A stretch of 64,000 nucleotides of DNA from NCBI GenBank assembly GCA_964016885.1, contig OZ024747.1, positions 81,716,001 through 81,780,000 of the forward strand, read 5' to 3'. Shown here piece by piece: positions 14,801 through 28,162 of this stretch. A model generated the notes under the pieces. It was not told the origin of the DNA. It made no database searches and saw nothing but the letters and a program-made list of their open reading frames with translations. Position 1 is the stretch's first letter. Each line of letters opens with the position of its first letter. The DNA comes from Eledone cirrhosa. Lineage: Eukaryota. The translations under genes and the position numbers were made by a program.

Positions 14801-15217
14801 CATCTACAAGAAGAAGAAAGAAAACAAGAATAGTTCAAGACAATTAATAGCAAAGGGACTGTAAGTGCTGGACAGTTAATATCGTTTTCTCTATAAATAA
14901 ACATTTCACTAATCAATAATGACTGCAGTATTGATTAGGAAGGTATAGAGATGTCCTTAATATACCATTATGTGTATACACATACATACAAACATGTACA
15001 CATACAGTTACATAATGCAGAGTTATACAATGTTATTCAGTCTTAGGAACTCTGATAAATACCTATTTACATATTTCAATATTTAATACTAATATTTATG
15101 CATGAGTAAAATTGTATACGTTTAAAATCAGAGCTATTGTCCAAATGCATGGATTCTATATATATTCAAATACATATTAACATTTATATATGTATATGTA
15201 TATACATTTTATACATA

Positions 15218-16368
15218 TGTGGCCGGTGCTCTGGTGCAATAAGTAGCTGCAAGTGCCCACAAAATACTAGCTCTTTCAATTGCGCAGAGGGTTCTATAGA
15301 TATAGTGGACAGCTTCCGTTACCTGGGCGACAAAATCAGCAGTGGGGGAGGGTGCTCTGAAAGTACAGCAGCTAGAGTCAGAACTGGTTGGAAAAAGTTC
15401 AGAGAGCTTATACCACTATTAGCCGCTAAAGGGTTCTCCCTAAGAATGAAAAGCAGGTTGTATGATGCCTGCATACGAACAGCAATGTTGCATGGCAGTG
15501 AGACCTGGGCATTGTGTGCAGAGGATATACGCAGACTAGAGAGGAGCGAAGCTTGCATGCTCCGCTGGATGTGTAATAGTAACATACGTGAACGGCAAAG
15601 CATAAGCAGACTAAGGAAAAAATTAGAAATAAGAGGGATCAGATGTTGTTTACTCGAGAGAAGGCTACGTTGGTATGGTCACGTGATGTGCATGAAAGAC
15701 GACAGATGTATAACAAAGTGCAGGGCAATAAAGATAGACGGTAGCTACGGAGTAGGCAGACCCAGAAAAACCTGACCTCACACATTTACACCTCTCCAAG
15801 ACAATGTCACTGGACCGAGACCTTTGGCGGTACTCAGTAATAGAGAAGACCCGCCTTACCTAAATACAAAGTAAAACCTACTACAGCCAGTAGGCATCTC
15901 TAACAAAATACACCCCCGTTCCACCACCCCCACATCATCCACACCGCCCCTTCAATGTAAAGTTATGTTGGTGCCACAACATCCAGGCCAAAACAAATGA
16001 GATCGTGTAGGTGTCACGACAAAAAAACACACAGTCCACGCTGTAATGTGGCCATGTAGGCAACACGGTAAAAACCTCCCAGCCCCACACTGTAAATGTG
16101 GTTGGTGTTAGGAAGGGCATCCAGCTGTAGAAAACCTGCCAGACAGTCCACGCTGTAATGTGGCCGTGTAGGCAACACGGTAAAAACCTCCCAGCCCCAC
16201 ACTGTAAATGTGGTTGGTGTTAGGAAGGGCATCCAGCTGTAGAAAACCCGCCAGACAGTCCTATGCGAGCAAGACAATCACTCTTGCCTCAAGTGGGAAA
16301 ACCCCCGTCCAAACCCATGCAAGCGTGGAACACGGACGTTAAACGTTGATGATGATGATGATGATGAC
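15218..16368 (+). mobile_element. 5'-truncated RTE-clade LINE (end of RT domain, C-terminus, 3' UTR, (GAT)n tail)
   Basis: ORF 15137-15775 gives VDSFRYLG..RVRTGWKKFREL..LYDACIRTAMLHGSETW..MLRWMC..RRLRWYGHV..GRPRKT, typical of RTE. A ~20-bp deletion after RPRKT (relative to the 28.6 kb copy) breaks the frame. Ends CCCATGCAAGCGTGGAA..GGACGTTAAAC..(GAT)n. Confidence 0.92.
16031..16260 (+). repeat. 112-bp tandem duplication inside the RTE 3' UTR
   Basis: ACAGTC unit starts at 16031, 16143 and 16255; the two full units are nearly identical. Confidence 0.95.
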
Positions 16369-16823
16369 ACCTTAAATATATACACTATTTTTAAAAAGAA
16401 TGTATATGCTAAACCCCAACTACCTTATATTCCAAATCAAAATATAAGCATTTAATATTCTTCCAAGGGGCTGAGTAGTGTAGGGCAGTCAACAACGGAA
16501 AATTAAGACTACTTGCAAAGGTAATGCAGAGTAATGTAGGGGGAGATAATATTACAACTATGAAGCCAGGAGTCTTTTTGCAGATTTGATTTAGAACTGC
16601 TCTCTTTAAACAACAATAATTTCTAAGATCGACAAAACTTAGTGTCTCAATGAAATGATGGTGTCGTTTTTTCTCGCTGGATTAAATGGTATATTTAGTT
16701 TTGCATGTTTTGGGTGGCTTGAAGTAAATAGTTGATATAGCCAATTTTACTTCTCATCTTTTCAAGTTTGATAAAAAAAAAATACCAGTGTAATATTGGG
16801 GACGATCTACCTCTATATCTGTC

Positions 16824-16869
<46 letters not shown>

Positions 16870-17200
16870 AGTGTCACAATAAAATGTATCCAGTCCTCTC
16901 TGCAGCATGGTAGAGCAGGTACTACTATAAAATTCATGCAGTAGACACTTTAAAATGATAATGTTGTTGCCATAAAAAAGTCACCCAGTCCACCCTGTCA
17001 TGAATAAAGAAAACTAGTATAGGCTGTGAAGTGGTTGGTGTTAGGTTGGGCATCCAGCCATAGAAACCATGCTAAAATGGAATGTATGACCAAAACACAA
17101 TCATCTATCCTGTCTGTCTAGCCTCAGAGTGTGACAACTTGTCTAACCCATGAAATTATAGGACATAGACAAAAACAATGATGATGAAGATGATGATGAT
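16870..17200 (+). mobile_element. Old RTE-type 3' UTR fragment with three degenerate ~47-bp modules
   Basis: Modules of the form GGTRCYAC..AAAA..CATCCAGT..CTGT, then GGTTGGTGTTAGG..GGCATCCAGC and a (GAT)n tail. Confidence 0.7.
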
Positions 17201-20200
17201 GAATGTGTTAGCTATCTCTTTCAACATATTTACTTTCTCCCTTATTTATAATGTATGTACAATCTCTTTTTCATGTAATGTCATGATATTTTGTTACATT
17301 TTTTCACTCTGAAAGTCTTCCTCAATGCCCATCTATCTATATTTATTACACTCAGTTGCTCTATTATTTTGATAACCACTTTATTAGCAGTCTATATCTG
17401 TTGTTATTTTAATCAATAACAATAATTCATGATGTAACATGAACAGTCACAATGTATTATAAAATACTATTGACTTAGATCATGTTGATATACAAATATA
17501 TACCATGCACATGCAGGCAGACATATGCATATAAAATATGTGCATGATATTTTATAAATACATATTGAAGGTTTACTTGATTGAATTGGTTCCCAAGCAA
17601 AGTTAAAGTCAGAATAGTAAAGTATTGTAAGATAGCTAGCATAACACTCCGACGTCTATGTAAAATCCACTACTCTTAATTCATATACATAATTTTGTCA
17701 TATCCCTTTAGAGAATAGTATTCACTTCTCTTCTAGAAACTTTGCTATATTTGAGCAATCCCGAATTGCCTAAGCAACAGAATATAACTTTCTGACTTGC
17801 CTGAGACGTCTAGATGGAAATATAGCAATGCATTTGACATTAGCATGGCTTGAAGACAGATTTACATGTGTTGTTCCTCTAAAATTTATACATAAATTTA
17901 TCTCACATCATAAAACAGAACTAAGTTAAAACCATTAAGTATGAAATCTTAGTGAAGTTTCATGATAAATATTACTTAAAATGTTTCCATAAAAAGAAAA
18001 AAGAAAAGAAATGCAGTTATTAGGTAGCATAATAAAAGCTATACTTGCACTAAATGGAGAATGGAATTAAATAGGATAGAGCATACTGTTAGCCCAACTC
18101 CTTCCATGGAATATCTTAGATAATACCAACACTTAAAGATTAAGTACAATCTAGAATATTATCACAAGGGAACACAAAATTTGATTGTTACTATGATGTA
18201 CTAAATCATGTAATCTTTTCTTGTAAAGTACTAAATTATACCAACTATATTTTCTTTTAATGTTTAAATATAAAGATTTTCATAATCAGAGTTCAGTCAT
18301 TTCTCGGGACCATGTTCAAGAGTAATGGGAGGCAGGAGGCTGAATTAAGTCCAATAATTGCAGGAGCTGGTTCAAGATTGTGAGTTTTGGCTTTTATGCC
18401 AAACTCGCTATCTTGAAGACAAATGTAAAACAAAAAGTATGTGTGTGTCTGTGGAGGTGGCATATATTCTACAATCTTCTCTACCATGTACATATCTCTA
18501 TGTACATGCATTATACATATATCATTCTGTCTGTAAAACAATGAGCTGTGGAAGAGTGGTAAATATTGGAAATAGTAATATTTAACAGGAAACCAAGACA
18601 GTTAAACTAGGAAAAAATAGTCCAGATACCTCTGTTATTAAGGTCATACACAATGTGACCTACAATTACACAGTATCTCACAAATCTACAATATATTACA
18701 GTTACTATACTCTATGATTGTAAGTGTTCCTGCATCTCATCAAATGATCACAAATTAAGAGAGATAAATAAGAAATTCATAAAGATGCTGACTTAGTGTT
18801 TGTCATTCTTAGTAATTGTAGCTTTTGAACTCACAAGTCTGGGAGAAAAGGACTAATAAACGATTAGTAGAAATATGTACTTTTGTGAAATGACAACACA
18901 CGTTCATTAAACTTTTCCTATGACAAAATCATTCTGATGATGAGAGAATAAACAGCTTGAAATAACCTTGACTTGTCCAAACATAGAAGCCAACTGATTA
19001 TCAGACAAGATATCCTCAACAACATAATTACTGATGGTGTGTAGGGATACAACACATAATCCAGATGGTGCACAACAAAGTGACCCAAAGCCAAATATAG
19101 ACACTGACTGAAAACGCAACCTTCGTTACTAAGAACATATATCATTTGTTGCTACAATTTAATAATCTGCTTCTTTTCAATATTAAAGAGCATGTATGAA
19201 TGTATGATTTAATACGTTGCTATAAATACCAATATATAACCATGATTCTCTACTATAAAACACAAATATCTAAAGATAAGAATCAAAATTACCATCTCTG
19301 CACTAGAAATGATATTATATGAAACAGTAATGGAATTGATATTATCAGACAGACTGTCTGCTGAATGCTACATCTTCCATAACTGCAAAGCCAGCCAAAC
19401 CTCCAACCAATAGAAGTAAAAGACCAGCTTCACTAAAAGGAGGGAAAGAAATATACAAGTAAAGAAAGAAGATTAAGAAATGATAATAAAAACCCTAACT
19501 AGTAACCTGACCTTTAAGGTTTACCGAAAATTTCATGAACTTTGTTGTTATGAGTTTGGGTTCAAATTTCTTATTCTAATGTTATTAAAATATAATTTTT
19601 CGTCTGAAAGAGCTGCACTTCTTATCAAGAAGTCAGATATAACTATAAATGCTAATTGCTGACAGACCCTCAACTAATATATGAGAAGTATAAGCAATGT
19701 AATTTGTAAAGACTTGTGTGCATGTCCATGACGAATCTAATATATTGTTTATAGAATTATGCTGTTATTTCTTGTGTTAGCTGTATGTGGTGTTTCAGAG
19801 AATCTATTCATATTATCAGTTTTTATTATGTTTTCTGTGTGCTATATTTCAGAAGTGTTATGTCTAACTTTCTGATATTATTGTATTACATGAGTGTGCT
19901 AAGTTTATGGTATTGAGTTTTGATAGTTTGTTGTATTTGAATTTCAGTCTGGCTAGTATAAAGGTAAAACTTAGATCAGTATACAATAGCTTCATCTCTA
20001 TTTGGAGTTAGTTTTAATACTTCGATGAAGAGCTGTAGTATTTGTGCTGTTATGTTCATGATATAGTTGGTGTGGGATTGTGTTGGCATCTGTGCATAAG
20101 GCTGTATATATATATTGTTGATGCGAAGGAAGGTTGTGGAGATACAAGATAAAAAAGTGGGTGAGAGGATGCACTTTGTAGTACCACATTTAGGGAAATT

Positions 20201-21797
20201 AGTGATACAAAATGAATCAGTATTAGGTTAGTTGCATTACACTATATGGTTTAATGCCAAGAGAAACAGTTTGTAATTATGAGGGTGCATGATAATGTTT
20301 TGTTGTAAATAAAGGCATGCATTCTTTGCATGAGTTTCGTGACTAATGCTATGAATTACAAGAAAGGAAATTGCATTGATAGGTGATATGAAGAAGCATA
20401 TTTTGGATGATTGGAAATTTGCATTAAAAAAAGATTGGTCCATTCTACATGATGCTACTTCTGCTATATATATTGTTTCAATAAGCCCTGTGTTTTGATT
20501 TTTATCTGGAAGGCTTGGGATCTGTTACGTTTAGTTATTGCTGTGTATTTCATATGTGGTTTCTTGAGATTTAATATATTGCTGTTAAAGGGTGTTTTTC
20601 TGACATATTAGTTATTGTACTCTAAGCAGGAAGATTTGTTTTGTAATCTTGGACTTTAACCTTTTTGATAACAAACCACCTCACATACCTCCCGTTCTAT
20701 AATACAAAACTAGTAATTTTAAAGTATTTATATTGATATAAAACCTACATCATAATTTTATGGAAGAACGTTTGCTAAGGTATGCTACAAATATCAGCTT
20801 ACTAATAAGAAAGTTAGTTATATTCCTAAATTCCTCCAAATTCTTGGCTATTTTCAGTATGAGTTGAAAATTATTGACAGTTTCTTTCGTTAGAAATGCG
20901 GTAACAAAAGGTTAATAGTAGGATAATTGTAATATTTCCATTTTTCTGTGTTATGTTATATTCGAGTTGTTTAAATGACTTGAGGAGAACTGAACCATCT
21001 TTCCTAAAATTGCCTCATATTAAACAAAAGGACCATAAACTTGATTTGATGTTTAACATTCAATCAGACTGATTGCCCCACTCTACTAAATTAGATATAA
21101 GGAGAATCAGTACAAATAATATTAGATGGGATAATGCCAAAACTTAGAGATAAAATTAAATTAAGTACATGGTCAAACACCAAGGAAAAGATCAAATGTT
21201 TGAATGAAATACATAACAAAAGGAACTCTAAATTCATGCAGTCAGATATCCCCAATTACTATTCCTCTATGTTTTATAATACATCACTAATTCCTAACAT
21301 AAACAACACTGAACTATTAGAAGAGAATTTGACATAATATTATCTGCCATGAAAACTACAGCTGGGACTATTTTTATTGTTGACTGCTTGAAAACAAATG
21401 ATAAGATATTTCTGTGACTCACTAACAGAGTTTTATGACATGCACCAGCTTAGATAATTAACAAGAGCAATTAGTTCTGAATCGTTCTTTGGGGCATAAG
21501 TGTTTATATTATTTTCTTTATCCTTATTTTATCATTTTTTTTATTTTTGACAGTTTTTTTTCTTGTGTTTCTTTTTGAACTTTTGCATTTTTGTATCTTT
21601 GTTAATGTTTGTATTTTTAAATTCTAAATTCACTACAAACTATATACATTGATTACTGTAGTGAGTGTCTGGCAGTTAACTTGATCAGATGTAATGTATA
21701 ATCTCGACCCCCTTTCACTCATGTTCCATAGCTCTCTCTTTCTTTCCCTCACTAACTCTGTTTCTATCTTTATTTCCATACTATATATATATATATA

Positions 21798-21985
21798 ACA
21801 AAGGAAATGTGGTAAGGAACCAGATGGACCATAACGCACCAGAGTACTCAATACTTAGGGTAGTAGAGTGGGAAATAGGAAAAAGTATGACCCCAACGGC
21901 AGAGCTCAAGCCGTTTCGACGGCTATTTCAGTCCAGAAATAGCCATCGAAACGGCTTGAGCTCTGCCTTCGGGGTCATACTATTT

Positions 21986-21990
<5 letters not shown>
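21798..21990 (-). mobile_element. ~200-bp fold-back element in (TA)n, copy 2
   Basis: Arms 21875-21929 / 21936-21990 around an AGTCCA loop; tail is the reverse complement of about 11756-11822. Confidence 0.8.
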
Positions 21991-22030
<40 letters not shown>

Positions 22031-22093
22031 CGTGTTTTGTTTTGGGGGATATCTATAGCAACACATCTTATAATTAGAGGCATAAAGACTCCA

Positions 22094-22260
22094 ACTTCAG
22101 TTCTGTCTATATCTGTCTGATGAAGTAACAAAATCCATTGAGTCCAGCTCTAACGAGTTATGGAATAGACTTTGTATAGACCTGTATATAATACCCCACC
22201 TGTGAGCAGGAGTATTACAGAAATAGTAGCTAGGCAATAAACAGATGTTATAACTGAAGT
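22094..22260 (+). ncRNA. Hammerhead-like motif with extended stem II, within a (TA)n-flanked insert (22024-22276)
   Basis: Stem I ATCTGT/ACAGAT, extended by ACTTCAGTT/AACTGAAGT; CTGATGA at 22117-22123; GAAA at 22220-22223; stem III imperfect (TAGTAGCTAGGCAATAA). Confidence 0.5.
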
Positions 22261-22339
22261 CCTCATTGTTTTACTTATATATATATAAAGAAAGGAATAG
22301 AGAGTGAGATGGGGGGGAGCAGACAGTCAAAGTCTAAAG

Positions 22340-22614
22340 TCTATCTTAGGCCAGAAGGTTCATTAGGCCAGTGCTTATCCCGGTTTAATGCTGTGAAGTG
22401 ACAGAGTACATGACTCCCTCCTGGACAGGATGCCATTCCATCACAGGGTTAAATCCCCAGTTATTGCCGGTAGTCATTTTTAGCTGAGTATACTGGAGCA
22501 ATGTGAAATGATGTGTTTGTTTTGCTCAAGAGCACAACAAGCAACCGAGCCCAGGAACCGAACCCACAACATTATGACTGTGAGTCCAACAACCTTACAA
22601 CTAGGCCACATACC
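22340..22614 (-). mobile_element. CORE-type SINE with a non-RTE tail
   Basis: Minus strand: tRNA head (TGGCCTAGTTG..GGTTCGGTTCC), CORE-like CTTGAGCAAAAC..TTTCACATTGCTCCAGTATACTCAGCT, then tail CCTGTGATGGAATGGCATCCTGTCCAGG..ACCGGGATAAGC. Confidence 0.75.
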
Positions 22615-22979
22615 TTCAGGCAGACAGAATATATATATACACACATTTCTAGAATTGCTTGTGTGTATCATTTCATATATATGGTTCTAATCACTTTAAA
22701 GTTGGATAAATTAACTAAAACAATTTCAAAAATGTTCTTTCTTCATCTTAAAGCTTTACTCAGTTGTAACACACTCACATACATACACATGATAAAAGTG
22801 AGTGGGTGTTATTTGGATTCTGCCTTTAACATTTAAACATCATTGCAATTTTTTTATTTACGCTTTTTTCTGTTCTGTAATAGTCTATTTCATATATAAA
22901 ACATTTTTGCAGGCAGTAAAGCAGTGCAGAAACATACAATAACTTACACACAAACATAGATGTACATACACAAACATTT

Positions 22980-23296
22980 ATAAATGTGTGCATGTGTGTG
23001 TAAGTATGAGTATGTGTGTGCGTGGGTGTGTGTGTGTGTAAGTGTGAGTATGTGTGTGCATGTGTGTGTGTGTAAATGTGAGTATATGTGTATGTAAGGG
23101 TGTGTGTGTGAGTAAGTGTGAGTGAGTACGTGTGTGCATGTGTGTAAGTGTGTGTAAGTATGTGTGCATGTGTGAGTATGTGTGTTTGTGTGTATGTGTG
23201 CATAAATGTGAGTATGTGTGTGTGTGTGTGTGTGTAAGCATGTGTGTGTGCGTAAATTTGAGTATGTGTGTGTGGGTGTGTGTATTTGTGCGTGTA
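22980..23296. repeat. Degenerate (TG)n-based simple repeat
   Basis: (TG)n runs interrupted by TAAG/AGTA/GCAT. Confidence 0.9.
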
Positions 23297-23944
23297 ACCT
23301 TCATAATTAATACATGTATTTCCAAATACTTCAGAGCAGGAAAATATTTGCAGGAAACAAAAATCAAAATCATATTTAAAACATATATACTAAAAGTATG
23401 CAATAAAATTACTTTAAAACAACAATAAACATATACATAATAATAATATAGAATTGTAAAAAAAGATAAGGTGAAACAGGTATATGAAATCATTAGACAT
23501 TATTTCTGGCACATATAAAATACAGTTTATGACTGATTTTTAATTGGCAATTATATACCATTTTGTGTGTAGCAAAAGTTAGAGGGTTGTTATAATATTC
23601 TTCTTACATTTTACCTATATTTTAAAAGATTTATTACCTTCAAATTTATATGTTTTATTTTTTCACCATATATATTTTTCTACTTAATATTTTATAGTCT
23701 TACCATTCGAAAAGTTATAGATTGTGATGATAATGTTGATGATTTTAAAAAATTAGTTTGAAGCCTTTGGGTAGTACAGTTATGAGATTTGCTCATGGAC
23801 TTAAAGCAATCCCAGAATATTATATAAATAAGCAAACGAAAGATGTCAAAAGTCTGATAACCCTTCAACAATTTCACAAATATAATTGAAAAGTGAAGGA
23901 TGGCAATAAAGATAAGATTACTGAGAAATAATAATAATAATAAT

Positions 23945-24131
23945 ATTTCTACCTTTGGCACAAGGCCAGCAATTATCTCAGGGGATTACTGGTACTTTGT
24001 TGTATCGACCCCGTAAGGACGAAAGGAAAAATTAACCTTGGTGGATTTGAACGCAAAACGTAAAGGGCCATAACTCTAAGCTGCAAAGCATAGTGTCTGA
24101 CGCTCTACTGATACTGCCAAACCACCGCCCT
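23945..24131 (-). mobile_element. SINE family A, full length, in a (TAA)n target
   Basis: Full head to tail; GAAA(A)TAATAATAATAAT on both flanks. Confidence 0.85.
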
Positions 24132-24252
24132 TAATGAAAATAATAATAATAATGATGAGGAGGATTCCCTTTGCAGGTTTGAGAAAGCACCAGTTTGATG
24201 ACTGGCATCTACTAGTATATAATACACTTGTGTTTTTGTCCGTCACAAGAGA

Positions 24253-24433
24253 TTACTGAGGAAGGAAGGGGTGATGATGTTGACTGAGAAAGGAAGGGCT
24301 GATAATGTTGACTGAAAAAGGAAGGGGTGATCACATCGACTTAGGAAGGAAGGGATGATAATGTTGACTGAGAAAGGAGGGGATGATAACGTCAACTGTG
24401 AAAGGAGGGGGTGATAACGTCGACTGAGAAAGG
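24253..24433. repeat. 28-bp minisatellite, ~6.5 copies
   Basis: Consensus TGACTGAGAAAGGAAGGGGTGATAATGT. Confidence 0.85.
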
Positions 24434-25369
24434 TTTGTATGTTTCTATCACTTGTGTGAGTGAGTGCGAAGGACCCAACCAACCAACAAACAAACAATTA
24501 TCTCTTTTTTTTCTATTATGTATATAAACCATGCTAACGTGGAGATAACGTCTAAACTCCTGCTAGCGTGGAAGATGGACATTAAACGATGATGATGATG
24601 ATGATGATGATATTACAATTAGCCATCACTTTTGATGGCACCAGGCCAGCTAGTGAATAATAATAAACAAAATTTCAATATGGTGATAGGAATGAAAAAG
24701 AACTATACCACATAGAAACAGAACAGAAAAGTATGGGCATGTTTTCTAATATAAGGGTGAAGAACTATGGTGTTAAATATTTTGTACCCATAAAAAGCAA
24801 GATTAAACAATGACTGGGTTTAAATGTGGCCTAACTTTTAGCATGAAACAGTAAGTATGTGAATCATTGCAAAAAAGGGAACATTTCTTTTTGAAAGTAT
24901 CTGAGATACATAAGCAGCTAAGTACATCAATAGTATACATGAAATATACAACAAGTGTCAAAATCCATTGTATCATATTGTCTGATCTAGATCAGGTTGT
25001 AATGCACATGAAGGCAAAAGTAAATATATCAAGCCCATAATTAATACAGGTAGTTATTATAGGATATGCCATAAATATTAATGATACTAGATCATTAATA
25101 TAGCTATACCAAAGGAGAATAAAATTAGTAGCATGAACATGAAAATACAACAAAGTATTTCAAGTAAGATTGCATCTATGTATATTGGTAAGTGCAGAAG
25201 AAAGATGTTTTCAGGCAGTGGTAAAATTTCAATGAATGATCTCTCATAAATTGGCTAATGATCTTTAAAGTAATAAGTAAATGAAACCAGAAATTAAACT
25301 TAGAGCAGATTACTTAAATACCTTTACTTTAACAACAGCTAAGATTTGGAAGGACACCCATTAGTATAA

Positions 25370-25701
25370 ATAATTGTTTCTACTTTTGGCACAAGGCTAG
25401 GAATTACCAAGTGCATTACGGGTACTTTATTTATCGACCCCGTAAGGATGAAAGGCAAAGTTAACCTCGGCAGGATTTGAACTCAGAATGGAAAGAGCCG
25501 TAACTATGCATCAAAGTATGGCGTCCGACCCTCTACCAATACTGCCAATCCACTGCCCTTCAGTATAAATAATAATAATTGTTTCTACTTTTGGCACAAG
25601 ACTAGCAAATACCCAGTGTATTACTGGTACTTTATTTTATCGACCCCATAAGGATGAAAGGTAAAGTTAACCTCGGCGGCATTTGAACTCAGAATGGCAA
25701 G
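25370..25701 (-). mobile_element. Two adjacent SINE family A copies (full length 25370-25560; 5'-truncated 25575-25701)
   Basis: GTATAAATAAT repeated at 25364, 25563 and 25702, bracketing both copies. Confidence 0.9.
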
Positions 25702-25719
25702 GTATAAATAATAATAATG

Positions 25720-26085
25720 ATAAACATTATTGTGTACAGTGCTCAGGTACATTACAACTCATCAAAAGTGCATGTATAGTACATAGAATAATGTACAAAT
25801 ATCAGGGAAGTTAACAGTGTATGAGTCATGATATACACACAGATACATGCATGCATATGTATGGAGGGGGAATAGCAGGTGTTGTGTTGGCAAATTTTGG
25901 AAAGCATGAAAATTTTGAAGGATGCAGTGTCCCGACAGCTAACAACTGATGCAGGTTGTTTGTTCCATGCTTTAGCATTTCTGAGCATGAAAAAATGTTT
26001 CTGAAAGTCATGGGAGCTGTGTTGTTTTCTGATTTTGTAAGCATGTCCACAGGTGTTAGGCACATGGAATTCCATGCCTTGGAAG
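25720..26085 (-). mobile_element. 3' end of a CR1-clade LINE
   Basis: NTCGHAYKIRKQ..FQKHFFMLRNAKAWNKQPASVVSC..FK fits the CR1 C-terminal pattern TRGHxxKL..FFSxRVxxxWNxLPxxVV; (ATT)n tail. Confidence 0.8.
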
Positions 26086-26151
26086 CCATAATCAAAAGTA
26101 AAATTTAGTGAAAAGTAATAAACTCAGGTATAATATCATATGGATAAAGGA

Positions 26152-26334
26152 AATAATTGTTTCTACTTTTGGCACAAGGCCAGCAATTATCCCAGTGCAT
26201 TACTGGTACTTTATTTTACGACCCCGTAAGGATGAAAGGCAAAGTTAACCTAGGCGGGATTTGAACTCAGAATGGCAAGGGCCGTAACTCTATGCATCAA
26301 AGCATGGCGTCCAACCCTCTACCGATACTGCCAA
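26152..26334 (-). mobile_element. SINE family A
   Basis: Near-consensus copy. Confidence 0.9.
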
Positions 26335-26667
26335 ATACAAAGCTAACTAGAACTGGGAGAACATTAAATAATTAAAGGACAATAATATTGAAACAGTAAA
26401 AGTTATTAAATTTTTATATTAAAAAAAAACATTTTATGATACAGAAAGTTCAGACTTACGGACAAACATAAATAAGAAAGTGTGTTTACATGCATTTTCC
26501 AAGAACGTTAGCAAAGTAAGTAACTTGTATTATATAGAGAGTCATATAATTATAGAAGAGAGAAAATTACTTTTGGTATTCATTCCTTGCCAAGAGTGTT
26601 AGCAAAGTAATTATTATCAGGTCATGAATTCAATTCACTGAGAAAAGGATGGTACCATTCAAATTGA

Positions 26668-27085
26668 ATTTGCAAGAAAAATAATTGTTTCTACTTTAGG
26701 CACAAGGCCAGCAATTACCTAGTACATTACTGGTACTTTATTTTATCGACCCCGTAAGGATGAAAGGCAAAGTTAACCTCGGCGGGATTTGAACTCAGAC
26801 TGTAAAGGGACATAACTATGCTAGAAAGCATAGCGTCCGACCCTCTACCGATACTGCCAATCCAATTTGCAAGAAAAATAATTGTTTCTACTTTAGGCAC
26901 AAGGCCAGCAATTACCCAGTGCATTACTGGTACTTTATTTTATCGACCCCGTAAGGATGAAAGGCAAAGTCAACCTCGGCGGGATTTGAACTCAGATCAT
27001 AAAGGGACGTAACTATGCTGGAAAGCATGGCGTCCAACCCTCTACCAATACTGCCAATCCACCACCTATTTGCAAGAAAAATAAT
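26668..27085 (-). mobile_element. Two tandem SINE family A copies with a triplicated 18-bp target
   Basis: ATTTGCAAGAAAAATAAT at 26668-26685, 26865-26882 and 27068-27085. Confidence 0.92.
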
Positions 27086-28039
27086 GATATGTATCCAGGC
27101 AGGCAAAGTATGCAACTCTGCAATTAGAACAATTCTTGATATTGGCATGAAGTCTTAGACAAGTAGATTTGAACACTAGTACCTAGTGCAGCAACTACAA
27201 TAGAATACAAAATCATAACATAGAAGTTGTTAATTATTCTATTCCTAATGATATATTTATATGTGGGTGAATGCACCATGTGTTTGTGTGGCTGTATAGC
27301 TCACTGTATAATTAAATCCATTCTATGGTTTCAAGTAGGTATATAAATTTACACTAATGATTATCAGAGAATGTAAAGCAGTGGTAAGATGTTCTACTTA
27401 AAATTCACACATGATTACAAGTATTCACTTTAAATACCTTTTTGAAACCACAGTCTCAACCCAATTACACAGTTAACTCTGTACACACAAGTATATAGAC
27501 CAATATATTCATAAATCTCTACAAAAATCACTACATATGTGTACAAGCGATATTAACTCCTTTGTTAGCGAGGAATTGTAAAGAATTATTGAAGCAATTT
27601 TGTCATTATTAAGCAGGTATCTCAAATAAAACAAAGTAGTTTTACATAAAATTATTAAGAGCAGTTTTAATTCAGATATGAACATTTTAAACATGGATGT
27701 TCTGTATCGGTACTAGGAAGAGGTTGGTATCAAAAGGGATAAAGCATTATATTTAGTAATATAGTCGATCTCTATTTCAACTACTTTCTTATTCCTGCTT
27801 ATTTATGTAAATCTTTATCTTATATATTTTTCCTTTCTTTATGTAAAAGTTTGGCAAGATTAGATATGATATTTTGTGTTGAAACAGATAATGTAGTATT
27901 AAAAAAGTGACATATTTTCTAATAATGATTTCTATTATAGGCACAAGGCCAGCAATTTGGGGAGAGAAAAAAGTCGATTAACTCGACCCCAGTGCATTAC
28001 TGAAAGGTTGTTTAGTCGTTAAGTGTCAAAATCAATCAA

Positions 28040-28149
28040 CAACTAAACAACCATCCAGTTATTAAACGAACTGATGGGAAATTATAGTAATAAGTTGAAG
28101 TAAAACTCAACTAGTGCGTGTATCTTTCTTGGCAGCATGATCCTCTCAA
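28040..28149 (+). mobile_element. 3' terminus of the PLE family seen at 31.5 kb and 33 kb
   Basis: TTGAAGTAAAACTCAACTAGTGCGTGTATCTTTCTTGGCAGCATGATCCTCTC(TA)n aligns with the minus strand of 33000-33060. Confidence 0.6.
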
Positions 28150-28162
28150 TATATATATATAT

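Noticed and set aside
19700-21470. Further old LINE remnants (also about 8000-8500 and 13800-14870)
   Set aside because: Strand-biased composition and faint motifs suggest decayed LINEs, but they are too degenerate to assign family or ends
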